64,000 nt of DNA, from assembly GCA_009602725.1 (NCBI GenBank), contig WELB01000012.1, positions 1 to 64,000 of the forward strand, written 5' to 3'. The notes under the pieces were generated by a model that was not told the DNA's origin, ran no database searches, and saw only the letters and a list, made by a program, of their open reading frames with translations. Made by a program: the position numbers and the translations under genes. Shown piece by piece: positions 25,549 through 39,200 of this stretch (the first letter of the stretch is position 1; every line of letters begins with the position of its first letter). Source of the DNA: Spirogloea muscicola. Lineage: Eukaryota.

Positions 25549-28159
25549 ATGGTGCGCGCGCCGTGCTGCGACAAGACGGGCCTGAAGAAGGGGCCGTGGA
25601 CGCCCGAGGAGGACGAGAAGCTCGTCAAGTACATCGGCGAGCACGGCGACGGCAACTGGAGCACCATCCCCAAGAAGGCCGGTGAGCGGGCGCCGCCGGC
25701 TCGCCAAACCGCCCCTGCGCGAGGCCTGCCTCGCCCGTCACCTGCATTGCGCTGGCCGGCATTTGCCTTCCCTTCCGGCGTGGCCCTGGGACCCTGACAC
25801 AGCCGCTTTGCCTTGCTCAGGCCTGCTGCGATGCGGCAAGAGCTGCCGGCTACGCTGGGCCAACTACCTGCGGCCGGATCTTAAGCGCGGCTCCTTCACC
25901 GACGAGGAGGAGCAGCTCATTGTGGACTTGCACGCTGCCATTGGCAACCGGTATGTGTGGCTTTTTCAGCTTGTGCCAGCCCTGAGCGTCCTTGAGTGGC
26001 CCACTCAATGCCTGCATTGGGTCTGGCGCCGCGACCACTGACCTGACCCAGAGCACATCTCCTGCTTCCTGCTGTGGCAGATGGGCCCGCATTGCTGGCC
26101 AGATGCCTGGTCGTACAGACAACGAGATCAAGAATTACTGGAACACGCGCATCAAGCGCAAGCTGCGGCAGATGGGCATTGACCCCGTAACACACAAGCC
26201 CCTGTCCGAGCTGGACGACTTCAGCAGTGGCCTGTCAGGTGTGCGCCATTGCTCACATGCTGCCCTCACACTTGGCATTTGCGCTAATAATGTATGAACC
26301 ACAGATTTATGCAATAGTGAATTGGATGCATAGGCATGGCGACTGCGTAAAGAGGCATGGCAACAATGCTGATTTGCTTGGTCTTGACGCAAAGGAGTGC
26401 TGTGTTTGTTCTGTTTGTAGCCAAGGTCTCTCCCAAAGTAAAGGTGGAGCGACCAAGGGGCCCTCTGCGAGGGCCTTTACCTGCGGGCTTGCTGCTGGAA
26501 GAACTATCACCAAGCGCAGCCGCCGATGCCGTATACCTAGAGCAAACACAGCTGAAGTCGAGCTTCCTCCTCCCATTAGCTGCGCCATCACACCTCCTGG
26601 CCTCCCCCAAGAACCTCTCCCCCCGCGCCCAGAAGCTTGTGCGCCAATTTCGCCGGAGCACGGCGGCCGCAGCAAACAAGAGAACGCTGGAACAAACCTT
26701 CAACAATGACATGGAGGGCATGCCTCCTCACCGCAGCCTGCATCATGAGAGTTCTGATGAGGACCAGTCAGAGGCCAGCTGCAATACCAGCTCAGCATCA
26801 GAGAGGTGAGCTTGGCACCTGGCACCTCTGTCAGCTTGCAAAATACGAAATTTCTGTCATGGACATTGGGGCCATTTTCTTGCTACATCTTCACTTTTGA
26901 TGCAAGTCTCTGACTTATTGTAAGGGTTTTGACAATTTCCTTCACCAATATTAGGTCCTGGTCAGGCCTAGCCCCGTAGGGCCTGACTTGCTTGGCATGG
27001 TCATAATGGGCATTCCTTGCCACAGTTGGTGTCTTACACTGCTACGATGTTGTCACTCCGGCTTTTGCAGCGAGGAGAGTGAGGAAGTGAGTGCCTCAGA
27101 GAGCTTGGAGGAAAGGGAGCTGCCCTCATCACCAACGAGCGTCATCCCTACCACGAGGTGAGGAATTTTGCCGAATGCTTGTACATCTAGTGGCGAGAGA
27201 ACCGGGCTGGCATCTGACTGGCTTAAGGACTCTTTTTGCTAGACAGTAGGCTGGAAATGCTGGACAAATGATGCAGGCAGGCTGACTATTTTCTTGTCGG
27301 CTTTGGTGGTGCAGCAGCGTGGCTGCCACACACGCCATGCTCAAGCGCGCGGACATTTCCATCTCCATCCCCAACCTGGGCGAAGCCTTGCAGAGCCCGA
27401 GGGTGGACGGCGAGGCGCTGCTGCCCATGCTCATCGACCCTGCCACCATCAAGTAAGACGCCTGGGCTGCTCATTTGACGCGGCCAATTTTTGATGGGCT
27501 TGTAAGCTTATCGAGCAGCTTCAAAAGTCCACGTTGCTTGCCATCAGCTGCTGATAGCGGTGGTCTGACTTCTGCTCTGCTCTGACTTCTGCAGTGGAAA
27601 TGTCCTGAGCCCACTGCTGGCTAAGACCTCCCTCTGGGGCACCGACACCGAGCCGCTGTGGTGGGAGTCTGAATTTGCCAGCGGCATGACGCCCAAGCCC
27701 GCTGCAACAATTCACGGTACCAGCCTCATTGGCAATCTCACGTCCTTTGACGAACAGCCGGCCACAGCCCGCAAGGGCAGCCGCTCTGAGTGCGACCTTC
27801 TCTCCTGGAACTCGGCTTCAGCGACCGTCGAGACCTCCGCCAGCATAACTATGGACGGCCTTTGGGAGCTCTCCGACCTGCTGCAGGGCTCATGCTCAGG
27901 CGGCCCGCAAGCTCCTGCTTCGCAGCAGCAGCAGTCCACCTGGGTTGACTACCTCTCCCACTCCGTGCTGAGCCCCCGCAGCAGCAACTGGACGGGCGGG
28001 CCCACCGCCAGCCTGCAGGAGTCCTGGGACAGCACGAGCCTTGCGGCGGGCATTGCCGGCTTGCTCAGCCCGCTCTCCCATTCGCGCTTCTTTGGCATCA
28101 CCCGGCCCTGGCCCACTGAGTCTGACAGTGCCCCGCCGCTGCGGGTGCCAGTTGTATGA
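25549..28159 (+). CDS. R2R3-MYB transcription factor (subfamily VIII type, GIDPxTH motif)
   Basis: [25 protein letters not shown]...[24 protein letters not shown]...[43 protein letters not shown]. Further exons at ~26421-26805, 27071-27157, 27315-27452 and 27594-28159. Confidence 0.95.
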
Positions 28160-29939
28160 GGTGCTTCCTCACTCGAGTACAGAGCCCTCACCTATGGTAC
28201 TAGATCTCCCACCTCGCTTGCTGCGAGGTTGGCTTCCGTCTGAGGGTTTGGTCCCCCTCGGTCTTTGTATAGGTCGTAACGCTTGGCACGTTACGCAGTC
28301 AGGTATTGCTTATTAGGTGTGTTGAAGCAGGACTCCCTGGATGGGGAGCTCGAAGAGGACTGAGAAACAGCTTGTTTCCCAGTTAGCCAGCGCGCAACGC
28401 TGCAACCTCTCTTGGCTGGTCACGCTGCAAGCCAGCCAGTGGAACTGCAGCATCTGCCAGATGGGACCCACGGATATCAGCAGCACCTTCTCTTGGACGT
28501 ACAGTAGGACCTAGTCCTACTCATATGAAGGTGGCTGCTGACATCCGTGCAGGGTTCAGCTGCAACCGTCCCTCCCCTCTGCCCTTCTTTTTCTCTCCCT
28601 CCTCTTATTTGCAACTTTTGGAGGGTCCCAACTTATGCCTTATGCGAGGGACCTAAGGTGGCAATAGCCCATCTGGTCGCCACTTATCTTAATAACTGTA
28701 AGAATTTGACACTACTGGCAGCAATACTGCTGTCATCTTGTCTGTAACAAATTGTATTTCGAAGTATATTTTGATTTCTTGATCCACTGCCCGTGCAAGA
28801 CGAGTGACTTTTGTCGTTTCACCCAAAATCTGGTCACTTCACCAAGTGCTCTCTCGGCCTTGGGGAACAGTTGTCAAGGGACCCCTTCAGTTCATGTCCG
28901 CAGCCTTTGATGGTGCAGACAGCTTCCGAGGCACTGCTTCCACGGATCGGTCGACCAAGACGTCCACAGTGAGATGACGGTCGAATTGGATGCGCGCCGC
29001 ATCTTCGGCGCTGAGACGCTGTGGCTCACCCAGGAGCAGCACAGAGCCCAACTCGCAGCGGGCCTCAGGGGGGACCGCGTTGGCCGAGCGAAGCCAAGCA
29101 GGGGGGCACATGGGCTTCCGCGGCGCCCGCTTGCACGCCAGCGACGGCCGGCGCCCGGAACGGCGCACGCAGCCTGGCGGGCGGGCAAGCTTCGGGAGGG
29201 GGCCGGGAGGGCGCTCCGTCGTGCGGGGGCCCCCGCGGGAGTGGGGCGGGGAGGCTAGCCACGCTGGACTGGGGCCCTGTGGGGCCGCGGAGATCGTCCC
29301 ATGGGGGGGGGGGCGGGGAGGGCCCACCGTGCGGGGCGGCGGGGCTGCACGGCGCCGGCACGACGGGCCGAGCCAGAAGGCTCCGCTGGCTGGCGGAGAA
29401 GGCCTCGTCACGTCGCGCAGGGGCGGCCGGGATGGGGCGCCCCCCCGCTTGTCCGGCGCGCTTGTCCCCGCTATCTCCCCCACTGCCTGCGGCGGCACGT
29501 ACGTGGGAGAAGCGCCCCCGCCCCGTACTGCGCCGGCCCTGCAGCCGCGGGGCGGCCGGCCGCCCCCCTTCTGACAATTGAATGCACGTTCGCTCGCCGG
29601 CCGCCAGCTCACCTGGCGCCGCCCCGCCGGCCGCGTGGCCCCGGCTGCCGCTCACGTGCCGGCCACGCTCCTTGTTCCCGGCCCGCCGCGCGTGCCAACG
29701 CGACGACGCCGCTGGTTTGCGCCGTTAGCGTCTCAACCGACGCCACGGTTCTCAGACCGGGACCGCCGCGGCGCGCCCGTCGCCACGCCGGCGCCATCCG
29801 GGAGCGCGACCGTCGCGCCGCCCACCGCCGGTCGGCCTCCGTCAAGCCTGGCCGTTCAGCGGCCCTCGGCGGGCGGCCTAGGCGGAAATAGACAGGAGAA
29901 GCGGACGGCTTTCCGTAGAGATGGGCGCCGGCAGCCTAT

Positions 29940-30990
29940 TTGTCGTTTTTGCGACGTCGTGTGTCCGCCTGTTTGCAGCGAGCTCAGGGCTCATGCTTTG
30001 CACCTGAAAGCTGGTCTAGCCTTAGCTGGCACAAGGGCTTGTCACTGCTGTCCGGTATTCGGGCATCAATAGGGACCTCTATGTGCTGACTCGTGATTAC
30101 TGAGCGGGTATGACTAGCAGAAGATGATGTACCTGTCAATGTGCTTGCCATTGTACTTGGCCACTCAGGCCCTCCATCAGTCAAGACACACTCCATTCCT
30201 TTAAGAAAGAGAAGACCCATGCAATAGAGGGCGATGGCTGTGATTGGCCCCTCTAGGAGTAAGGAATGTACAAGCTTCGAAGGGGCCAGAAAAGCGCTAG
30301 AGCACACAGCAACTCAAGTGGCCACTGTGTGTTCAACATTCCCTGTTGAGCAGCCGCAAGAGAGAGAAGGCGCGCGGTGCGTACGAAGAGGGATTTAGTG
30401 TGTATGAGAGATGGAGGGCTTGTGTGGCCAAGTACAAAGGCAAGCACATTGACAAATATACGTCAACTGCTGCTAGGCTGACCCGCTCAGTAACCACGAG
30501 TCAGCACATAGAGGTCGGTAATTGATGCCCGACGGCAATCAACAAGCTCTTGAGCTACGAGCTAAGGCTCGACCAGCTTTCCGATGCAAGGCATGAGCCT
30601 GAGCTCGCTGCAGACAAGCTGACGTTCGACGTCGCAAGAATGACAAGTATGCTGCCGGCATGCCCATCTGAGCTGGAAGCATATCCTCATGTCGAGCAAA
30701 CCCCGAACTTGCAGTATTCTCCAGTAAGGTAGGGAAGCGAGGCCCCATGCAGCCGAAAGTGTCAATTGCCGTCGGTAGGAGGTGATCGCTGCGGGGGTAC
30801 TCAGAGTAGTGTTGGAGCTTTCTCTGCTCAGCAGCTCCCACTGCGTGGCCAGCAATGTGCGTCGAAGCGGAATTCTTGTATGCCTCCGTCACCACCACAT
30901 CAACCAAGGCTCGTGGGCCTCCGCCAGGTTGTACACGCACAATGTCCAGGGTGCGCCGGGAGGGGCGGTGGCTGTGAAAAGCCAGCGCAG
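29940..30990. mobile_element. Two CRE-like family A fragments in tail-to-tail orientation (29940-30200 +, 30395-30955 -)
   Basis: The minus copy encodes RRTLDIV...LVDVVVTE...AEQRKLQHY...LQRAQAHALHRKAGRAL. The plus copy repeats its last ~250 bp in inverted orientation. Confidence 0.85.
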
Positions 30991-32699
30991 ACCAAAAGGG
31001 TAGCGATGGCCGCCCTTCCACCACGTCGGTGCCCCTTCGAACGTGTCATGCGCGAGGATGTCAATTGCTAGATTTGGTCGATGTGTATTTCCAGAGACGA
31101 ATGCTGACATGCCAGACTACACGATACACACCGATTGAAGATGTTGGTCGCATTGACCAGGGTGACATGAAAGGCAGTCTGATAACAGACCAACAGTAGC
31201 AAATGTGTATCAGTATCAAATATCAAAGCACCATTAATAAGTCAAGATCGGGCGAACTTCGAATCTGTTGCAGGGACTTCTCATACTTATGAGAACTCTC
31301 ACCTGGCATCTATTGTTGCTGCAGTTACTGATTTTGACACTGCAAGCAGAAATCCAATGAAGTAAGGTGAAAGTGCTTGCAGCAGCTTGCTAGGATTGGC
31401 AATGCTCGGTATCCTGCATATTTCAAAAGTCAAGGAAACCTAACCGTCACTCAAGAAAAAGGTAGCTGTGAATGTAGCAGTAGACCTTGATGTCAAGCGA
31501 GCCACTGGAACGCTCTTGACGAAGTTGCACATAGCACGTATTTTGAGCTTCAGTGATATTGGATAATAAAGGATGATTTGATGATTTGTAATGCTGCTGA
31601 AGATGTGCAGTATCTGCAGACTACATCTGTAAGAGCTGCAGCATGTGCAGTGAAGAAGGCATATTCCTGTAGTATTGATGTTGTGCCTCGCAGGTTGTAC
31701 AAAGAAAGAAAGAAACGATCTTCTTCATTGACCATGCTTGATAAGTTGGCAGGAATACTAAAGGTTGCAGCAATACCGACCTACTGTTTGTTTTGCTGGA
31801 CACTGGCGGACCAGTACTACTGGGTCGGCATATGTTAGCCAAATCAGTACTGCAGCCAGCTGACATATTCAGTAGTAACACGAAATTTTAAGCTGCAACC
31901 GGTGGTACCAAGACTATCGTCGGACTAACAAAGAAATCTTTGCGGATTACTTTATACCCTGATGTGCCAGGGAAAGGATCTCTCTACACTGACATGTATG
32001 ATAACCAGAGCAAACAGGTCAAAGATTCTGCGTGCTGCTAGATCCTAGTGCCCCTAAATTTGGTTTGGATTACTACTGTGAGACTGCATGCTACAGGACA
32101 GATTGGAAGAACTCTGGTATTGATAAGGTTCGAATTCCATTATTGAAAGCCTGCCGCCATGCAGATACTCAAGCCAATACTGGAGTTCCCACCTAAGAAC
32201 CAGCTGAAAAAGGAGAAATTAGAAAGGCCGTTGGAGGAGGGATTGGTGAGGCCGATTGAGGATGCTGGATTACCACCAGTCGCTGTACCACCGCCAGTTG
32301 CTATAAGTCCACCAGCTGCTGCACCACCGACACCAGTGATTGGTGGGCTTAAGAGGGTACTCTCAGCGGAGTCCCTCCGAGTGGCGCTTCAGCCTCCCAG
32401 GATGCCAAAGGCGCTCGCCACTAACGGTATGACAGATAGAGATCTGGGCGACCTAGTTGTTGAGGAGAATTATGGGCAGTACCTAGCAATATTGCCTGAC
32501 TGGACCATGACGGGGCACCCCGAGTCAACCAGGACTTCCACAACTCAAACCGTCTACCCAGGCCGTAACGAAGGATCAGCAGAGGATAAGCAATTCTTGC
32601 TGGAGGCATACCCTCTGGTTCTGTGATAAGGCTTTGGTAGTATCGGATCTATTCGCTGGCAGTGCTACAGGACTTGCAGGGTTGCTTCAAGTACTACCC

Positions 32700-32990
32700 T
32701 TATCAGGAAAGCGCTAAAGCACACAGCAACTCAAGTGGCCACTTGGTGCTCCAAATATCTTAGTGAGCAGCCGCAAGTTAGAGAAACTAGTCTCCCGGTA
32801 GCAGGTCCTCTGTCTGCAGAGGCTGCAGCCAGAGTGCGACCGGCACGCAGATGCAACGCGAGTGCCATTAACCCGCTTCAGCGATACTAACAGGCGCATG
32901 CAATATACCTGGGCGCGAGAGCCTGCCGCAATGCTATCGGCCTGCTCCCCCAGGTGACGTCGTGCACCGCGCTAGCCGGTTGAGGAGCTC
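32700..32990 (-). mobile_element. Degenerate CRE-like family B 3' fragment
   Basis: Aligns with ~14700-14850 (gcacgcagatgcaa...acaggcgcatgc...atacctg) and with ~30290-30360. Confidence 0.7.
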
Positions 32991-33264
32991 GAGCTACCGA
33001 GTGCCAAACGCCCAGTGGACGTCGAATGCAAAGGATGTAAAAAGAGAGAAATGATGTAAAAGGAAATGACCATGTCCAGTAAGCGATAGCTGTGATCGGC
33101 AAGGGGTGGACAAGCAGCTGCAGAAGGTTTTCTCCACTACCTTAGAAATAGTACTTTCCTCCGTCGGCCCACGCCCTTCCCCTCCATGCCCCGTGCTAGG
33201 CCCCCCAGCCGCGCGCGGCACCGCGTGGCGCCTCCATAAGCGCAACTGCCGCTCCGCTGCCACC

Positions 33265-36200
33265 ATGTTCGAGGGCTTGGTGCACCAGCTTGTGGCCGGC
33301 TACCTGGGCCACTACTTCACTGGCGTGCAAAAGGAGCAGCTGCGCATCGGCCTCTGGAGTGGTGAGAAGCACCGCTGGGCGGACTCGCCACTCCGCCTGT
33401 CTCCTTACAGAGCGCGTTCTGCCTGTCCCAGCGGCCTGCTTTGCCACCGGCTGCGCGAAGATATCCTGACCTCCTCCTTCACACTACTCGACTTAGACTT
33501 GAAGTCTTGTGGAGCTACAAACCTCATGCGGCTGATCTGCAGCATCGGCACTGCGGTGGCCACAGGCATTGTGCTGCTGGAGAATGTGGAGCTGAGCCTG
33601 GAGGCCTTTGACCATCTGGAGCTCCCATTCGCAATCAAGATAGGTCGGTCAAGCTCCGTTGCCTCTACTTGTGACTCACTACACTCTGCTCAATGGCAGC
33701 CTGGCTGGCTGCAATGCCGCCTGTGCTACAGGAGCTGAATGATTTGGTTCTTGAATATTCAACCGAGTGTCATTCAGCGCGGGTTGGAAAGCTGAGGCTG
33801 CAAGTGCCATGGAAGAAGCTCGGCTGGGAGCCCCTGGTTGTCTCCATGGAGCACGTGACCATCTGTGCAGGCCCCAGGGAGGAGGCAGAGGTACGTCAAC
33901 AATCTCGGATTGCTCCTGGCTCTGTCAGCCGCCTGTGCTCACGTGGTCTGACTGTGCTGGCCTTGACAGGCTGCACATTTGCTTGCGACTACTTATCTGC
34001 GTGTACCAGGGCAGACAAGTGGTGCTGCTATTATCTGTTGTCACAAGCAATTATCACCTGCAGTTACTCCTCTTCTCACACTTAGTAGTGGCCTCTGAGG
34101 CGGTGGTTTTGTTAAAGTGGGCAGGTAGAGCTCTTGCTGCCATTTTGTCTCTGACTGCAGACGCGTATTTGACACAGTGGGAAGCAGGTCCGTCTGAAAA
34201 GAGAGCACGAGAAGCAAAGCGTGCCAAGTTGGCAGCAGCCGAGCTCGTTAAGCTCTCCCGCCGTGTTTCAGGTCAGCTTCAGGGCTTCCATCTTGCATCT
34301 CCACCAGTTGTATAGCGTCCAGCTGCTGGTGAAAGGAGCTGCATCGAGGGCAGTGCTAGTCAAGGCCAGGTCTGTCAGAATGTTGGAAGCTGCACAACAA
34401 AGGGCAGGTTATTGTGACTGGGGCTGAGCAGTAAAGACTTGGACATATGCATGTGTTCAGGCTTGCACATCTCAAGTCGAGCCTCTCCTGCTGGCACTGT
34501 GGCCTGATGCAGAGGATAGGTCTGGATTATCCTACATCTCCTACTTGTCAGCAAAGGTAAGCTTGTGCACCAGTTTGTGGCGATCAGCTATTTCTTTTGG
34601 ACCTGCAATTCAAAGCATGGGCCCTTCAAGACTTGGTGGAGCTCGACCTTCTTACGCTGCATATCGTACGCATGCAGAAAGGGCTTAAGTAGATTGATGC
34701 TGTTCAGCTGGTTATCGCTTTCCACCTGGCTGTGCGTGTTTGTGCTGATCACGCAAGAATGCACTTTCTGATGTTCAGATCATTGATAACGTTCAAGTCT
34801 CCGTCAGCAACATTCACCTTCGTTATGAGGACTTTCAGACAAATCCTGAGGTAATGATTTGTGGTTGTAGTGCTGATGCACTGTTGACCTTGCCATGGGT
34901 AGACCACTAGTGGATAGAACAAAGTTGTGATACCCATGCCAAACCACCAGATAGCCAAGTCCTCATCACCTCTGCTTTTCTCCTGCAGGAGCCATTTATT
35001 ATAGGACTGACTCTTGAGAGTTTTCTAGTAAAGACAACTGACGCTATAACTTCACGAAACTCCTTGAGTTCCTCAGGTTCCTCAAGGTGACCCATAGCAT
35101 GCAAGTCAAGCAGCTCTACCTTCTCATGATGGCTTCAGACAGTAGGGTTGGCACTAGATGTTTGTGGAGGGCACTTTCATTGTCCATCTTGATTTTTAAT
35201 AGACTCTGCTCCTATGACTTGGCTGTAGAATTAGTACTTATTGGGATCTACACTTACTTACTCAGAATCTGACTGACTGGTGGTCAGCTTGGTCCAATCG
35301 TCTGCAGCCCTTCACCATCCGGGATCAAGAAGAGTCAGAGGGGTGTGGTACATAAGCGAATTAGCATCCAGAAGCTGGCAGTGTACTGGGACTCGGACGC
35401 CAAGATGCTCAACTGTAACGAGCAAGGGCACCTGGAGGCTGCTGACAAAGGAGAAGAACATGCCTTCATATTGCAGCCTATGGATGCAGGCCTTGACCTC
35501 ACTGTAAGCCACCTTCTTGTTGCATGTGCAATCAGATTTCAAGTGGACTCTGTTGATTGTCATGTTTGCAAGTACTTGCAAACATGACAATGCAAGTCAT
35601 TGTGAGCCATGACAAGTCATTGATGCCGTGCAGATCAGCAAGAGCCTAGGTCAAGCTGATGGGAGTCCTCAGTACGATGTTCAGGTGGCTGTGAACGACG
35701 TGGTAAACCTTCTACTTCAGTTCTAGTCACAGCCACTGATTTGGGCCAATCTCCCAACATAGCGCTAGGGCCAAGAGCAACCTGCAATTGCTATATGTAT
35801 AGGTCGTCAGGTGCATGATTCTGATGACGTGTCAGGCTTCACTTTCATGCACATCTTCATATCTCCATGTCTTGGGGGCAGGAGAGCATCTACTTTCTAG
35901 CAGCTGATATGGAGAAGTTGCATGTACACTGCAGGCACTTGCACTGGACGATCATCAATACCTGGACATGCAACTGTTGGCAGGGGTGATGTCCATCTAT
36001 CGAGTGCGAAGAAGGTTGGCCAACAGACTGCAAAACAGACTACAAAACATCAATGTCTGACATGTACCAAGTAACCGCGGCATGAGCAATGTATATGTAT
36101 AAGTATGGTGACAATTTCTTATGTATGTTGGCAATCTCATTGGAACACAGCAAAAGCTTCACTGTGCCCCTGTGAGGAGCATCTTCCTCTCAGGAGCATC

Positions 36201-39200
36201 TTCCTTTCTCGTACTGTACAGATTTGGCAGATATCGCCCAAATCGTGCTGATGGTGCGAGTATGAACTGGAGAAAGTGGTGGCAATATGCAACAGATGCT
36301 GTCTTGGTGGATGTGAAGCAGCGGCTCAAGCGCAGCTCCTGGGGCTACCTGGCTTGGCGAATGTCTGCGACTCCTTCCTTTGTCGTGTTCTGGTCACATG
36401 GCTAGTGAGCTCCCTGCATATATGAATTAATCCATCTGCTTGCCAAGTGGAGAGATTGGCTGGCTATGTCAGTGTCAGAAATCTGACATGTCTTATGCAA
36501 TTAACGTACAGGGAAAAGCAGAAGGACTATGTTGCCGCGTACAAGCGGAAACTGTGCTGTGTCAGGCAGGGGCAGGTAACCCTTCTCAAGAATCGGTGCA
36601 GGTCTCAGGGTCTTGCCGAGCTTCAAATTCGTGTATTCATATCATGTGCCATCATCTCGCTCCTGACAACACACAAGGGCTGGTTTTCGATCACATAGCT
36701 CTTGAAAGCGGACGAGATCAAGAAGCTCGAGGTGCTGGAGGAGGAATTAGATGCGGATGACATTCTTTTCTTCAGGAGCTTAGCAGAAGCACAGCTTCAC
36801 GTGAAAGTGAGGCAAATTTGTTCTATGTTTGTCTGTGTTCTCTATGTCACTCTCTATCTTAGTTATGCTGTAAATTCATCTGCTTGAGCACCTGATTTGT
36901 CACTTGCTGAGCAGTGTGGGTTGCTGTAAGCATCAGCAGAAAAGCTTCAATCAATCTGTGATATGAATATGATTGACAGCAGTCCAGCAAAAGCACATTA
37001 CTCAAACTCATGCTGTTCTTACGTCTCGCTCTACACAGAGTTCAAAAGAAGGACAAGAAGAAGCACAGAAGATGATGCCTGAAAGTGGCACGGCGCAACA
37101 TCCAAAGCAACGTGGATGGCTTGATTGGCTGTCACTTGGCATGCTTGGCTCTTCCATGACAGCCAATGACTTCACTGGGGCCATCACGCAAGCAGACCTT
37201 GAGGTCAACAAATAACCTCAGCACAAGAAACGCACTGTAGAGATCGTATAATTAATCGCCAAATTATAAGATTGACTGAAGTCATTACTTGGCGTGTGAC
37301 TTGCTATAGGACCTCTATGCAGCAACAGAATTTGTTCCCAGTCCTTTGGAAGAGCAGAGCTACTATTCAAAGGGCTTCTGTGTTGCAGCAGTCAGCATCC
37401 AAGTGGCTGAGGCCATTGGCAGCTTACGAAGCTTGTGAGCATGAAACACACAGGCTCAAAGTAGGTTGTCCTAGCTGGCATGTAAAGATTGTCCTTCCAA
37501 GCAAGTTGCTTCTCGCAGATAAGCAGAAATGATGTCATACCAGCTTATTTCAAGTCCTACCCGAAAGAGTGTCCACTCTCATATCTCACTGTACTTTCCC
37601 AGTCTTTACTGAATGTGGTGTTGTGCCTGCAGGACTCTGAGATGTACTCTCGTGGATGCCAGATTGATGGATGTGAGGGTGAGCGTAATGGTGTGGGGCA
37701 AGTCTGTAACAGTCACTGGAACACTGGGATCACTGGAGGCGGTAGACCTGTGCAGCTTTGGCACACTTTTCCCCTGTATCATTGGCGCACAGGTGGTCCA
37801 TTTCAGATGCCTGTGACTCACCACTACGTTATCTGCAGATATTGGCACAAAGCACAGTGCAGGCCTTGAGTCAACAATGTAATCATAAGCACGATCACGT
37901 CTTGCATGTCAGACTGTTAGGCTGACCACAAAATCGTGAGTGCTTGCTAAGTTGCCCTGACACTGATGCACATCTCTTTGGCTTGCCCAGAAGCATGCTG
38001 CTTCTGCAGAAGCCGGAAGTGAATCTCAACTGGATGACACGGCCAGTTGCATCCATCGAAGCATGAGTATTCCTACAGCTTCAGCTGCATCGCAGTCTGC
38101 CACGGAAATGCCACTGCTTAGGTCCAAGAGCAGTGCTTTTCTGCCACCCTCTGTGGTTTGCAGCCCTACTACGAGTTTCTTACAGCTTCACTGCCAGATT
38201 GCACCAGAGGATTCAGATATGGACATTGACATCAAGGTTTGTGTGTGACTCATGCTTGAAATGTGCGTCATGCGAGGCTAGCTTTGCAGTTTCCTGCCGA
38301 TATCATAGAGCTTGACTCTCATTCTAGGAAATGGTTTCATTGCTCTGCAGGTGTCACTGCAGCCCTTGCAGATTGTGTACAGTCCTGAACTCGTGAGACA
38401 AGCTGCAAGCTTTTTCAGCCACCGCACTTCAGTGCCAACGCATCACCAATTGGTGAGGCATTTGTCGCATCTGTATCACATGATGGCAACTTAGACAAAG
38501 GGGGATGACAATAACCACATGTTCCTTGCCAGTCTCTCGTGTGCGCAAACAATCGTAGTACAGATGTGCAAGGTAAAAGCACCTCTGCCAAGCACCTCTG
38601 CCATTCATCATGGTGTATGCTGATGCCTTGCAAGGAGTCAGGTGGTTGCTGCCTTGAATGGCCTTGAAACTTTGAGAGCACGGACGCTTTCAAAGGCCGA
38701 GTGAGAGCAAGCCCTTTCCCTGATTGATGAAGCTGACAACTTGCATGAGCATGCTCAATGGTATACTGCCTTGCATAATGCCACATATTTTTCGATATAT
38801 TTGATATGCTCAGCATCTGAACACTTGCAGCAGCTGAGTAGCAATAAACTGTTGGATAATTGGCAGATACGTTATTGCCACACACAAGCGGGTCTCCATA
38901 CAAGTAGATATAGATTCCACTTGCCTCGTCATCCCAGAGTGCAGCACCTCGCCGCATGGCCTGCTCCTGGTATGCGTTCTTATTGATCCAGGTTGACAAA
39001 GTGCAAGGAGGCATGTTGTCCTGCTCTGAAACAGCACGACCGAGCCTCGCTGTGAAGTGTAGTAGGTCACTAGTGCTGGCAGCATTGTCCTCTCCTAAGT
39101 CTCTCCTTCAATGAGATGGTTTTCACCAATAAGCTGGCATTGGGCTGAATATTGCAATGGCGTGTTTCATCTGTTGCATGTGATCAGGCTGTGAGCTTTG

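Noticed and set aside
28503..28521. Perfect small hairpin AGTAGGAC-CTA-GTCCTACT (similar small ones at ~2082 and ~26960)
   Set aside because: An 8-bp stem can arise by chance in 64 kb, with no TSD/TIR context or repetition.
28887..30072. Many long overlapping ORFs (160-240 aa)
   Set aside because: Low-complexity Arg/Gly/Pro/Ala frames expected from very high GC, with no domain motifs.
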